From NCBI GenBank assembly GCA_964016885.1, contig OZ024740.1, forward strand, positions 21,204,001 to 21,268,000: DNA of 64,000 bases. Reading direction: 5' to 3'. Of this stretch, positions 45,101-59,939 are shown piece by piece. The position numbers were made by a program, and so were the translations under genes. Origin of the DNA: Eledone cirrhosa (Eukaryota). Numbering within the stretch: position 1 is the first letter of the stretch; every line of letters starts with the position of its first letter. The notes beneath the pieces are model-generated. The model was not told the origin of the DNA and did not search any database. It saw only the letters and a list, made by a program, of their open reading frames with translations.

Positions 45101-46831
45101 ATCTTGGACTACATTAGACAATGTACCATTACTTCTTTCAATGTCATATTATCAGACAGTATATCTTGGACTACATTAGACAATGTACCATTCCTTCTTT
45201 CAATGTGATATTATCAGACAGTATATCTTGGACAACATTAGACAATGTACCATTCTTTCTTTCAAGGTGATATTATCAGACAGTATATCTTGGACTACAG
45301 TAGACAATGTACCTTTCCTACTTTCAATGTGATATTATCAGACAGTATATCTTGGACTACATTAGACAATGTACCATTCCTTCTTTCAATGTGATATTAT
45401 CAGACAGTATATATTGGACAACATTATACGACGTACCATTCCTTCTTTCAATGTTATATTATCAGACTGTATATCTTGGACTACATTAGACAATATACCA
45501 TTCCTTCTTTCAATGTGATATTATCAGACAGTATATCTTGCACTACATTAGACAATGTATCGTTCCTTCTTTCAATTTGATATTATCAGACATTATATCT
45601 TGGACTACATTAGACAATGTACCATTCCTTCTGCCAAGGTGATATTATCAGACAGTATATCTTGGACTACATTAGACAATGTACCATTCCTTCTTTCAAT
45701 GTGATATTATCAGACAGTATAACTTTGACTGCATTACACAAAGTACCATTCCTTCTTTCAATGTGATATTATCAGACAGTATATCTTGGACTACATTAGA
45801 CAATGTACCGTTCCTTCTTTCAATGTGATATTATCAGACAGTATATCTTGGACTACATTAGACAATGTACCATTCCTTCTTTCAATGTGATATTATCAGA
45901 CAGTATATCTTGGACTACATTTGATAATGTATCGTTCCTTCTTTCAATGTGATATTATCAGACAGTATATCTTGGACTACATTAGACAATGTACCATTCC
46001 TTCTTTCAAGGTGATATTATCAGACAGTATATCTTGGACTACATTAGAGAATGTATCGTTCCTTCTTTCAAGGTAATAGTATGAGACAGTATATCTTGGA
46101 CTACATTAGACAATGTACCATTCCTTCTTTCAACGTGATATTATCAGACAGTATATCTTGGACTACATTTGACAATGTATCTTTCCTTCTTTCAATGTGA
46201 TATTATCAGACAGTATATCTTGGACTACATTAGACAATGTACCATTCCTTCTTTCAATGTTATATTATCACACAGTATATCTTGGACTACATTAGACAAT
46301 GTACCATTCCTTCTTTCAATGTTATATTATCAGACAGTATATCTTGGACTACATTAGACAATGTACCTTTCCTTCTTTCAACGTGATATTATCAGACAGT
46401 ATATCTTGGACTTCATTAGACAATGTACCATTCCTTCTTTCAATGGGATATTATAAGACAGTATATCTTGGACTACATTAGACAATAGTCCATTCCTTCT
46501 TTCAATATGATATTATCAGACAGTATATCTTGGACTACATTAGACAATGTACCATTCCTTCTTTCAATGTGATATTATCAGACATTATATCTTCGACTAC
46601 ATTAGACAATGTACCATTCCTTCTTTCAAGGTTATTTTATGAGACAGTATATCTTGGACTACATTAGACAATGTATCGTTCCTTCTTTCAAGATGATATT
46701 ATCAGACAGTATATCTTGGACTAGATTAGACAATGTACCCTTCCTTCTTTCAATGTGATATTATCAGACAGTATATCTTGGACTACATTAGACAATGTAC
46801 CATTCCTTCTGTCAATGTGATATTATCAGAC

Positions 46832-46918
46832 TGTCTAATGTAGTCCAAGATATACTGTCTGATAATATCACATTGAAAGAAGGAATGGTACATTGTCTAA
46901 TGTAGTCCAAGATATACT
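46832..46918 (-). repeat. 87-bp in-place inversion (lineage C)
   Basis: TGTC allele, followed by ATGTACCGTT. Confidence 0.97.
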
Positions 46919-49435
46919 ATGTACCGTTCCTTCTTTCAATGTCATATTATCAGACAGTATATCTTGGACTACATTAGACAATATACCAGTCCTTGTCTCA
47001 ATGTGATATTATCAGACAGTATATCCTGGACTACATTAGACAATATACCAGTCCTTGTCTCAATGTGATATTATCAGACAGTATATCTTGGACTACATTA
47101 GACAATGTACCATTTCTTCTTTCAATGTGATATCATCAGACAGTATATCTTGGATTACATTAGACAATGTATCGTTCCTTCTTTCAATGTGATATTATCA
47201 GACAGTATATCTTGGACTACATTAGACAATGTACCATTCCTTCTTTCAAGGTGATATTATCAGACAGTATAACTTGGACTACATTAGACAATGTACCATT
47301 CCTTCTTTGAATGGGATATTATCAGACAGTATATCTTGGACTACATTAGACAATATACCATTCCTTCTTTCAATGTGATATAATCAGACAGTATATCTTG
47401 GCCTACATTAGACAATGTACCATTCCTTCTTTCAAGGTGATATTATCAGACAGTATATCTTAGACTACATTAGACAATGTACCATTCCTTCTTTCAAGGT
47501 GATATTATCAGACAGTATATCTTGGACTACATTAGACAATGTACCATTCCTTCTTTCAAGGTGATATTATCAGACAGTATATCTTGGGCTACATTAGACA
47601 ATGTACCATTCCTTCTTTCAAGGTGATATTATCAGACAGTATATCTTGGACTACATTAGACAATGTACCATTCCTTCTTTCAATGTTATATTATCAGACA
47701 GTATATCTTCGACTACATTAGACAATATACCATTCCTTCTTTCATTGTGATATTATCAGACAGTATATCTTGGACTACATTAGACAATGTACCATTACTT
47801 CTTTCAATGTCATATTATCAGACAGTATATCTTGGACTACATTAGACAATGTACCATTCCTTCTTTCAATGTTATATTATCAGACAGTATATCTTCGACT
47901 ACATTAGACAATATACCATTCCTTTTTTCAATGTGATATTATCAGACAGTATATCTTGGACAACATTAGACAATGTACCATTCTTTCTGTCAAGGTGATA
48001 TTATCAGACAGTATATCTTGGACTACAGTAGACAATGTACCTTTCCTACTTTCAATGTGATATTATCAGACAGTATATCTTGGACTACATTAGACAATGT
48101 ACCATTCCTTCTTTCAATGTGATATTATCAGACAGTATATATTGGACAACATTATACGATGTACCATTCCTTCCTTCAATATTATATTATCAGACTGTAT
48201 ATCTTGGACTACATAAGACAATATACCATTCCTTCTTTCAATGTGATATTATCAGACAGTATATCTTGCACTACATTAGACAATGTATCGTTCCTTCTTT
48301 CAATGTGATATTATCAGACATTATATCTTGGACTACATTAGACAATGTACCATTCCTTCTGCCAAGGTGATATTATCAGACAGTATATCTTGGACTACAT
48401 TAGACAATGTACCATTCCTTCTTTCAATGTGATATTATCAGACAGTATAACTTTGACTACATTAGACAAAGTACCATTCCTTCTTTCAATGTGATATTAT
48501 CAGACAGTATATCTTGGACTACATTAGTCAATGTACCGTTCCTTCTTTCAATGTGATATTATCAGACAGTGTATCTTGGACTACATTAGACAATGTACCA
48601 TTCCTTCTTTCAATGTGATATTATCAGACAGTATATCTTGGACTACATTTGACAATGTATCGTTCCTTCTTTCAATGTGATATTATCAGACAGTATAACT
48701 TGGACTACATTAGACAATGTACCATTCCTTCTTTCAAGGTGATATTATCAGACAGTATATCTTGGACTACATTTGACAATGTATCTTTCCTTCTTTCAAT
48801 GTGATATTATCAGACAGTATATCTTGGACTACATTAGACAATGTACCATTCCTTCTTTCAATGTTATATTATCACACAGTATATCTTGGACTACATTAGA
48901 CAATGTACCATTCCTTCTTTCAATGTTATATTATCAGACAGTATATCTTGGACTACATTAGACAATGTACCTTTCCTTCTTTCAACGTGATATTATCAGA
49001 CAGTATATCTTGGACTTCATTAGACAATGTACCATTCCTTCTTTCAATGGGATATTATAAGACAGTATATCTTGGACTACATTAGACAATAGTCCATTCC
49101 TTCTTTCAATATGATATTATCAGACAGTATATCTTGGACTACATTAGACAATGTACCATTCCTTCTTTCAATGTGATATTATCAGACATTATATCTTCGA
49201 CTACATTAGACAATATACCATTCCTTCTTTCAAGGTTATTTTATGAGACAGTATATCTTGGACTACATTAGACAATGTATCGTTCCTTCTTTCAAGATGA
49301 TATTATCAGACAGTATATCTTGGACTAGATTAGACAATGTACCCTTCCTTCTTTCAATGTGATATTATCAGACAGTATATCTTGGACTACATTAGACAAT
49401 GTACCATTCCTTCTGTCAATGTGATATTATCAGAC

Positions 49436-49522
49436 TGTCTAATGTAGTCCAAGATATACTGTCTGATAATATCACATTGAAAGAAGGAATGGTACATTGT
49501 CTAATGTAGTCCAAGATATACT
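49436..49522 (-). repeat. 87-bp in-place inversion (lineage C)
   Basis: Same junctions; 2604 bp (42 monomers) after the previous copy. Confidence 0.97.
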
Positions 49523-52039
49523 ATGTACCGTTCCTTCTTTCAATGTCATATTATCAGACAGTATATCTTGGACTACATTAGACAATATACCAGTCCTTGT
49601 CTCAATGTTATATTATCAGACAGTATATCCTGGACTACATTAGACAATATACCAGTCCTTGTCTCAATGTGATATTATCAGACAGTATATCTTGGACTAC
49701 ATTAGACAATGTACCATTTCTTCTTTCAATGTGATATCATCAGACAGTATATCTTGGATTACATTAGACAATGTATCGTTCCTTCTTTCAATGTGATATT
49801 ATCAGACAGTATATCTTGGACTACATTAGACAATGTACCATTCCTTCTTTCAAGGTGATATTATCAGACAGTATATGTTGGACTACATTAGACAATGTAC
49901 CATTCCTTCTTTGAATGGGATATTATCAGACAGTATATCTTGGACTACATTAGACAATATACCATTCCTTCTTTCAATGTGATATAATCAGACAGTATAT
50001 CTTGGCCTACATTAGACAATGTACCATTCCTTCTTTCAAGGTGATATTATCAGACAGTATATCTTAGACTACATTAGACAATGTACCATTCCTTCTTTCA
50101 AGGTGATATTATCAGACAGTATATCTTGGACTACATTAGACAATGTACCATTCCTTCTTTCAAGGTGATATTATCAGACAGTATATCTTGGGCTACATTA
50201 GACAATGTACCATTCCTTCTTTCAAGGTGATATTATCAGACAGTATATCTTGGACTACATTAGACAATGTACCATTCCTTCTTTCAATGTTATATTATCA
50301 GACAGTATATCTTCGACTACATTAGACAATATACCATTCCTTCTTTCATTGTGATATTATCAGACAGTATATCTTGGACTACATTAGACAATGTACCATT
50401 ACTTCTTTCAATGTCATATTATCAGACAGTATATCTTGGACTACATTAGACAATGTACCATTCCTTCTTTCAATGTTATATTATCAGACAGTATAACTTC
50501 GACTACATTAGACAATATACCATTCCTTCTTTCAATGTGATATTATCAGACAGTATATCTTGGACAACATTAGACAATGTACCATTCTTTCTTTCAAGGT
50601 GATATTATCAGACAGTATATCTTGGACTACAGTAGACAATGTACCTTTCCTACTTTCAATGTGATATTATCAGACAGTATATCTTGGACTACATTAGACA
50701 ATGTACCATTCCTTCTTTCAATGTGATATTATCAGACAGTATATATTGGACAGCATTATACGATGTACCATTCCTTCTTTCAATGTTATATTATCAGACT
50801 GTATATCTTGGACTACATTAGACAATATACCATTCCTTCTTTCAATGTGATATTATCAGACAGTATATCTTGCACTACATTAGACAATGTATCGTTCCTT
50901 CTTTCAATGTGATATTATCAGACATTATATCTTGGACTACATTAGACAATGTACCATTCCTTCTGCCAAGGTGATATTATCAGACAGTATATCTTGGACT
51001 ACATTAGACAATGTACCATTCCTTCTTTCAATGTGATATTATCAGACAGTATAACTTTGACTACATTAGACAAAGTACCATTCCTTCTTTCAATGTGATA
51101 TTATCAGACAGTATATCTTGGACTACATTAGACAATGTACCGTTCCTTCTTTCAATGTGATATTATCAGACAGTGTATCTTGGACTACATTAGACAATGT
51201 ACCATTCCTTCTTTCAATGTGATATTATCAGACAGTATATCTTGGACTACATTTGACAATGTATCGTTCCTTCTTTCAATGTGATATTATCAGACAGTAT
51301 AACTTGGACTACATTAGACAATGTACCATTCCTTCTTTCAAGGTGATATTATCAGACAGTATATCTTGGACTACATTAGAGAATGTATCGTTCCTTCTTT
51401 CAAGGTGATAGTATGAGACAGTATATCTTGGACTACATTAGACAATGTACCATTCCTTCTTTCAACGTGATATTATCAGACAGTATATCTTGGACTACAT
51501 TTGACAATGTATCTTTCCTTCTTTCAATGTGATATTATCAGACAGTATATCTTGGACTACATTAGACAATGTACCATTCCTTCTTTCAACGTGATATTAT
51601 CAGACAGTATATCTTGGACTTCATTAGACAATGTACCATTCCTTCTTTCAATGGGATATTATAAGACAGTATATCTTGGACTACATTAGACAATAGTCCA
51701 TTCCTTCTTTCAATATGATATTATCAGACAGTATATCTTGGACTACATTAGACAATGTACCATTCCTTCTTTCAATGTGATATTATCAGACATTATACCT
51801 TCGACTACATTAGGCAATGTACCATTCCTTCTTTCAAGGTTATTTTATGAGACAGTATATCTTGGACTACATTAGACAATGTATCGTTCCTTCTTTCAAG
51901 ATGATATTATCAGACAGTATATCTTGGACTAGATTAGACAATGTACCATTCCTTCTTTCAATGTGATATTATCAGACAGTATATCTTGGACTACATTAGA
52001 CAATGTACCATTCCTTCTGTCAATGTGATATTATCAGAC

Positions 52040-52126
52040 TGTCTAATGTAGTCCAAGATATACTGTCTGATAATATCACGTTGAAAGAAGGAATGGTACA
52101 TTGTCTAATGTAGTCCAAGATATACT
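52040..52126 (-). repeat. 87-bp in-place inversion (lineage C, private SNP TCACGTTG)
   Basis: Same junctions; 2604 bp after the previous copy. Confidence 0.97.
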
Positions 52127-53341
52127 ATGTACCGTTCCTTCTTTCAATGTCATATTATCAGACAGTATATCTTGGACTACATTAGACAATATACCAGTCC
52201 TTGTCTCAATGTGATATTATCAGACAGTATATCCTGGACTACATTAGACAATATACCAGTCCTTGTCTCAATGTGATATTATCAGACAGTATATCTTGGA
52301 CTACATTAGACAATGTACCATTCCTTCTTTCAAGGTGATATTATCAGACAGTATATCTTGGACTACATTAGACAATGTAACATTCCTTCTTTCAATGTGA
52401 TATTATAAGACAGTATATCTTGGACTACATTTGACAATGTACCATTCCTTCTTTCAATGTGATATTATCAGACAGTATATCTTGGACTACATTAGACAAT
52501 GTACCATTCCTTCTTTCAATGGGATATTATCAGACAGTATATCTTGGTCTACAGTAGACAATATACCATTCCTTCTTTCAATGTGATATTATCAGACAGT
52601 ATATCTTGGACTACATTAGACAATGTACCATTCCTTCTTTCAACGTGATATTATCAGACAGTATATCTTGGACTACATTTGACAATGTATCTTTCCTTCT
52701 TTCAATGTGATATTATCAGACAGTATATCTTGGACTACATTAGACAATGTACCATTCCTTCTTTCATTGTTATATTATCACACAGTATATCTTGGACTAC
52801 ATTAGACAATGTACCATTCCTTCTTTCAATGTTATATTATCAGACAGTATATCTTGGACTACATTAGACAATGTACCTTTCCTTCTTTCAACGTGATATT
52901 ATCAGACAGTATATCTTGGACTTCATTAGACAATGTACCATTCCTTCTTTCAATGGGATATTATAAGACAGTATATCTTGGACTACGTTAGACAAAAGTC
53001 CATTCCTTCTTTCAATATGATATTATCAGACAGTATATCTTGGACTACATTAGACAATGTACCATTCCTTCTTTCAATGTGATATTATCAGACATTATAC
53101 CTTCGACTACATTAGACAATGTACCATTCCTTCTTTCAAGGTTATTTTATGAGACAGTATATCTTGGACTACATTAGACAATGTATCGTTCCTTCTTTCA
53201 AGATGATATTATCAGACAGTATATCTTGGACTAGATTAGACAATGTACCATTCCTTCTTTCAATGTGATATTATCAGACAGTATATCTTGGACTACATTA
53301 GACAATGTACCATTCCTTCTGTCAATGTGATATTATCAGAC

Positions 53342-53428
53342 TGTCTAATGTAGTCCAAGATATACTGTCTGATAATATCACATTGAAAGAAGGAATGGTA
53401 CATTGTCTAATGTAGTCCAAGATATACT
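53342..53428 (-). repeat. 87-bp in-place inversion (lineage C)
   Basis: Same junctions; 1302 bp (21 monomers) after the previous copy. Confidence 0.97.
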
Positions 53429-56400
53429 ATGTACCGTTCCTTCTTTCAATGTCATATTATCAGACAGTATATCTTGGACTACATTAGACAATATACCAGT
53501 CCTTGTCTCAATGTGATATTATCAGACAGTATATCCTGGACTACATTAGACAATATACCAGTCCTTGTCTCAATGTGATATTATCAGACAGTATATCTTG
53601 GACTACATTAGACAATGTACCATTTCTTCTTTCAATGTGATATCATCAGACAGTATATCTTGGACTACATTAGACAATATACCATTCCTTCTTTCAATGT
53701 GATATTATCAGACAGTATATCTTGGACTACATTAGACAATGTACCATTCCTTCTTTCAAGGTGATATTATAAGACAGTATATCTTGGACTACATTTGACA
53801 ATGTACCATTCCTTCTTTCAATGTGATATTATCAGACAGTATATCTTGGACTACATTAGACAATGTACCATTCCTTCTTTCAATGGGATATTATCAGACA
53901 GTATATCTTGGACTACAGTAGACAATATACCATTCCTTCTTTCAATGTGATATTATCAGACAGTATATCTTGGACTACATTAGACAATGTACCATTCCTT
54001 CATTCAATGTTATATTATCAGACAGTATATCTTGGACTACATTAGACAATGTACCTTTCCTTCTTTCAATGTGATATTATCAGACAGTATATCTTGGACT
54101 TCATTAGACAATGCAGCATTCCTTCTTTCAAGGTGATATTATCAGACAGTATATCTTGGACTACATTAGACAATGTACCATTCCTTCTTTCAATGGGATA
54201 TTATCAGACAGTATATCTTGGACTACATTAGACAATATACCGTTCCTTCTTTCAATGTGATATAATCAGACAGTATATCTTGGACTACATTAGACAATGT
54301 ACCATTCCTTCTTTCAAGGTGATATTATCAGACAGTATATCTTAGACTACATTAGACAATGTACCATTCCTTCTTTCAAGGTGATATTATCAGACAGTAT
54401 ATCTTGGACTAAATTAGACAATGTACCATTTCTTCTTTCAATGTCATATTATCAGACAGTATATCTTCGACTTCATTAGACAATATACCATTCCTTCTTT
54501 CAATGTGATATTATCAGACAGTATATCTTGGACTACATTAGACAATGTACCATTCCTTCTTTCAAGGTGATATTATCAGACAGTATATCTTGGACTACAT
54601 TAGACAATGTACCATTCCTTCTTTCAAGGTGATATTATCAGACAGTATATCTTGGACTACATTAGAATAATGTACCATTCCTTCTTTCAAGGTGATATTA
54701 TCAGACAGTATATCTTGGACTACATTAGACAATGTACCATTCCTTCTTTCAATGTTATATTATCAGACAGTATATCTTCGACTACATTAGACAATATACC
54801 ATTCCTTCTTTCAATGTGATATTATCAGACAGTATATCTTGGACTACATTAGACAATGTACCATTCCTTCTTTCAAGGTGATATTATCAGACAGTATAAC
54901 TTGGACTACATTAGACAATGTACCATTCCTTCTTTCAAGGTGATATTATCAGACAGTATAGCTTGGACTACATTAGACAATGTACCATTCATTCTTTCAA
55001 GGTGATATTATCAGACAGTATATCTTGGACTACATTAGACAATGTACCATTCCTTCTTTCAATGTGATATTATCAAACAGTATATCTTGGACTACATTAG
55101 ACAATGTACTATTCCTTCTTTCAATGTGATATTATCAGACAGTATATATTGGACTACATTATACGATGTACCATTCCTTCTTTCAATGTTATATTATCAG
55201 ACTGTATATTTTGGACTACATTAGACAATATACCATTCCTTCTTTCAATGTGATATTATCAGACAGTATATCTTGGAATACATTAGACAATGTACCATTC
55301 TTTCTTTCAAGGTGATATTATCAGACAGTATATCTTGGACTACAGTAGACAATGTACCATTCCTACTTTCAATGTGATATTATCAGACAGTATATCTTGG
55401 ACTACATTAGACAATGTACCATTCCTTCTTTCAATGTGATATTATCAGACAGTATATATTGGACTACATTATACGATGTACCATTCCTTCTTTCAATGTT
55501 ATATTATCAGACTGTATATCTTGGACTACATTATACAATATACCATTCCTTCTTTCAATGTGATATTATCAGACAGTATATCTTGGACTACATTAGACAA
55601 TGTATCGTTCCTTCTTTCAATGTGATATTATCAGACAGTATATCTTGGACTACATTAGACAATGTACCATTACTTCTTCCAAGGTGATATTATCAGACAG
55701 TATATCTTGGACTACATTAGACAATGTACCATTCCTACTTTCAATGTGATATTATCAGTCAGTATATCTTGGACTACATTAGACAATGTACCATTCCTTC
55801 TTTCAATGTGATATTATCAGACAGTATATATTGGACTACATTATACGATGTACCATTACTTCTTTCAATGTTATATTATCAGACTGTATATCTTGGACTA
55901 CATTAGACAATATACCATTCCTTCTTTCAATGTGATATTATCAGACAGTATATCTTGGACTACATTAGACAATGTACCATTCCTTCTTTCAAGGTGATAT
56001 TATCAGACAGTATATCTTGGACTACATTAGACAATGTACCATTCCTTCTTTCAAGGTGATATTATCAGACAGTATATCTTGGACTACATTAGACAATGTA
56101 CCATTCCTTCTTTCAAGGTGATATTATCAGACAGTATATCTTGGACTACATTAGACAATGTACCATTCCTTCTTTCAATGTTATATTATCAGACAGTATA
56201 TCTTCGACTACATTAGACAATATACCATTCCTTCTTTCAATGTGATATTATCAGACAGTATATCTTGGAATACATTAGACAATGTACCATTCTTTCTTTC
56301 AAGGTGATTTTATCAGACAGTATATCTTGGACTACAGTAGACAATGTACCATTCCTACTTTCAATGTGATATTATCAGACAGTATATCTTGGACTACATT

Positions 56401-58612
56401 AGACAATGTACCATTCCTTCTTTCAATGTTATATTATCAGACTGTATATCTTGGACTACATTAGACAATATACCATTCCTTCTTTCAATGTGATATTATC
56501 AGACAGTATATCTTGGACTACATTAGACAATGTACCATTCCTTCTTCCAATGTGATATTATCAGACAGTATATCTTGGACTACATTAGACAATGTACCAT
56601 TCCTTCTTTCAATGTGATATTATCAGACAGTATAACTTTGACTACATTAGACAAAGTACCATTCCTTCTTTCAATGTGATATTATCAGACAGTATATCTT
56701 GGACTACATTTGACAATGTATCGTTCCTTCTTTCAATGTGATATTATCAGACAGTATATCTTGGACTACATTAGACAATGTACCATTCCTTCTTTCAAGG
56801 TGATATTATCAGACAGTATATCTTGGACTACATTAGAGAATGTATCGTTCCTTCTTTCAAGGTGATAGTATGAGACAGTATATCTTGGACTACATTAGAC
56901 AATGTACCATTCCTTCTTTCAATGTGATATTATCAGACAGTATATCTTGGACTACATTTGACAATGTATCTTTCCTTCTTTCAATGTGATATTATCAGAC
57001 AGTATATCTTGGACTACATTAGACAATGTACCATTCCTTCTTTCAATGTTATATTATCACACAGTATATCTTGGACTACATTAGACAATAGTCCATTCCT
57101 TATTTCAATATGATATTATCAGACAGTATATCTTGGACTACATTAGACAATGTACCATTCCTTCTTTCAATGTGATATTATCAGACAGTATATCTTCGAC
57201 TACATTAGACAATGTACCACTCCTTCTTTCAATGTTATATTATCAGACAGTATATCTTCGACTACATTAGACAATATACCATTCCTTCTTTCAATGTGAT
57301 ATTATCAGACAGTATATCTTGGAATACATTAGACAATGTACCATTCTTTCTTTCAAGGTGATATTATCAGACAGTATATCTTGGACTACAGTAGACAATG
57401 TACCATTCCTTCTTTCAAGGTTATATTATCAGACAGTATATCTTGGACTACAATAGACAATGTACCATTCCTACTTTCAATGTGATATTATCAGACAGTA
57501 TATCTTGGACTACATTAGACAATGTACCATTTATTCGTTAAACGTGGTATTATCAGACAGTATATCTTGGGCTACATTAGACAATATACAAGTCCTTGTC
57601 TCAATGTGATATTATCAAACAGTATATCCTGGACTACATTAGACAATATACCAGTCCTTGTCTCAATGTGATATTATCAGACAGTATATCTTGGACTACA
57701 TTAGACAATGTACCATTCCTTCTTTCAATGTTATATTATCAGACAGTATATCTTCGACTACATTAGACAATATACCATTCCTTCTTTCAATGTGATATTA
57801 TCAGACAGTATATCTTGGAATACATTAGACAATGTACCATTCTTTCTTTCAAGGTGATATTATCAGACAGTATATCTTGGACTACAGTAGACAATGTACC
57901 ATTCCTACTTTCAATGTGATATTATCAGACAGTATATCTTGGACTACATTAGACAATGTACCATTCCTTCTTTCAATGTGATATTATCAGACAGTATATA
58001 TTGGACTACATTATACGATGTACCATTCCTTCTTTCAATGTTATATTATCAGACTGTATATCTTGGACTACATTAGACAATATACCATTCCTTCTTTCAA
58101 TGTGATATTATCAGACAGTATATCTTGGACTACATTTGACAATGTACCATTCCTTCTTTCAATGTGATATTATCAGACAGTATATCTTGGACTACATTAG
58201 ACAATGTACCTTTCCTTCTTTCAATGTGATATTATCAGACAGTATATCTTGGACTTCATTAGACAATGTACCATTCCTTCTTTCAATGGGATATTATAAG
58301 ACACTATATCTTGGACTACATTAGACAATAGTCCATTCCTTCTTTCAATGTGATATTATCAGACAGTATACCTTGGACTACATTAGACAATGTACCATTC
58401 CTTCTTTCAAGGTTATTTTATCAGACAGTATATCTTGGACTACATTAGACAATGTATCGTTCCTTCTTTCAAGATGATATTATCAGACAGTATATCTTGG
58501 ACTAGATTAGACAATGTACCACTCCTTCTTTCAATGTGATATTATCAGACAGTATATCTTGGACTACATTAGACAATGTACCATTCCTTCTGTCAATGTG
58601 ATATTATCAGAC

Positions 58613-58699
58613 TGTCTAATGTAGTCCAAGATATACTGTCTGATAATATCACATTGAAAGAAGGAATGGTACATTGTCTAATGTAGTCCAAGATATACT
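58613..58699 (-). repeat. 87-bp in-place inversion (lineage C)
   Basis: Same junctions, followed by ATGTACCGTT. Confidence 0.97.
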
Positions 58700-59852
58700 A
58701 TGTACCGTTCCTTCTTTCAATGTCATATTATCAGACAGTATATCTTGGACTACATTAGACAATGTACCATTCCTTCTTTCAACGTGATATTATCAGACAG
58801 TATATCTTGGACTACATTAGACAATGTACCATTCCTTCTTTCAAGGTTATATTATCAGACAGTATATCTTGGACTACATTAGACAATATACCATTCCTTC
58901 TTTCAATGTGATATTATCAGACAGTATATCTTGGAATACATTAGACAATGTACCATTCTTTCTTTCAAGGTGATATTATCAGACAGTATATCTTGGACTA
59001 CAGTAGACAATGTATCATTCCTACTTTCAATGTGATATTATCAGACAGTATATCTTGGACTACATTAGACAATGTACCATTCCTTCTTTCAATGTGATAT
59101 TATCAGACAGTATATATTGGACTACATTATACGATGTACCATTCCTTCTTTCAATGTTATATTATCAGACTGTATATCTTGGACTACATTAGACAATATA
59201 CCATTCCTTCTTTCAATGTGATATTATCAGACAGTATATCTTGGACTACATTAGACAATGTACCATTCCTTCTTTCATTGTTATATTATCACACAGTATA
59301 TCTTGGACTACATTAGACAATGTACCATTCCTTCTTTCAATGTTATATTATCAGACAGTATATCTTGGACTACATTAGACAATGTACCTTTCCTTCTTTC
59401 AACGTGATATTATCAGACAGTATATCTTGGACTTCATTAGACAATGTACCATTCCTTCTTTCAATGGGATATTATAAGACAGTATATCTTGGACTACATT
59501 AGACAAAAGTCCATTCCTTCTTTCAATATGATATTATCAGACAGTATATCTTGGACTACATTAGACAATGTACCATTCCTTCTTTCAATGTGATATTATC
59601 AGACATTATACCTTCGACTACATTAGACAATGTACCATTCCTTCTTTCAAGGTTATTTTATGAGACAGTATATCTTGGACTACATTAGACAATGTATCGT
59701 TCCTTCTTTCAAGATGATATTATCAGACAGTATATCTTGGACTAGATTAGACAATGTACCATTCCTTCTTTCAATGTGATATTATCAGACAGTATATCTT
59801 GGACTACATTAGACAATGTACCATTCCTTCTGTCAATGTGATATTATCAGAC

Positions 59853-59939
59853 TGTCTAATGTAGTCCAAGATATACTGTCTGATAATATCACATTGAAAG
59901 AAGGAATGGTACATTGTCTAATGTAGTCCAAGATATACT
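59853..59939 (-). repeat. 87-bp in-place inversion (lineage C)
   Basis: Same junctions; 6511 bp after 53342. Confidence 0.97.

Larger units (their letters stand above)
28000..46530 (+). repeat. More diverged higher-order duplication, offset about 11717 bp (about 28000-34560 vs about 39560-46530)
   Basis: 29003/40720, 29995/41712, 31606/43323, 33590/45307, with whole-monomer gains and losses and private SNPs. Confidence 0.8.
46160..52300 (+). repeat. Higher-order tandem repeat, 2604-bp period (42 monomers), about 2.3 imperfect copies
   Basis: Inversions 46832/49436/52040; ORF-track pairs 46169/48773, 47539/50143 and 48035/50639. Confidence 0.85.

Noticed and set aside
1-59939. Inversions as sequencing or amplification chimeras
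   Set aside because: Identical breakpoints in all copies, lineage-specific SNPs and co-duplication with the surrounding blocks are not expected from random chimeras. Read-level confirmation is still needed.
1-59939. Regular spacing of inversions as a code or ruler
   Set aside because: Spacings range from 11 to about 142 monomers and are explained by duplication offsets.
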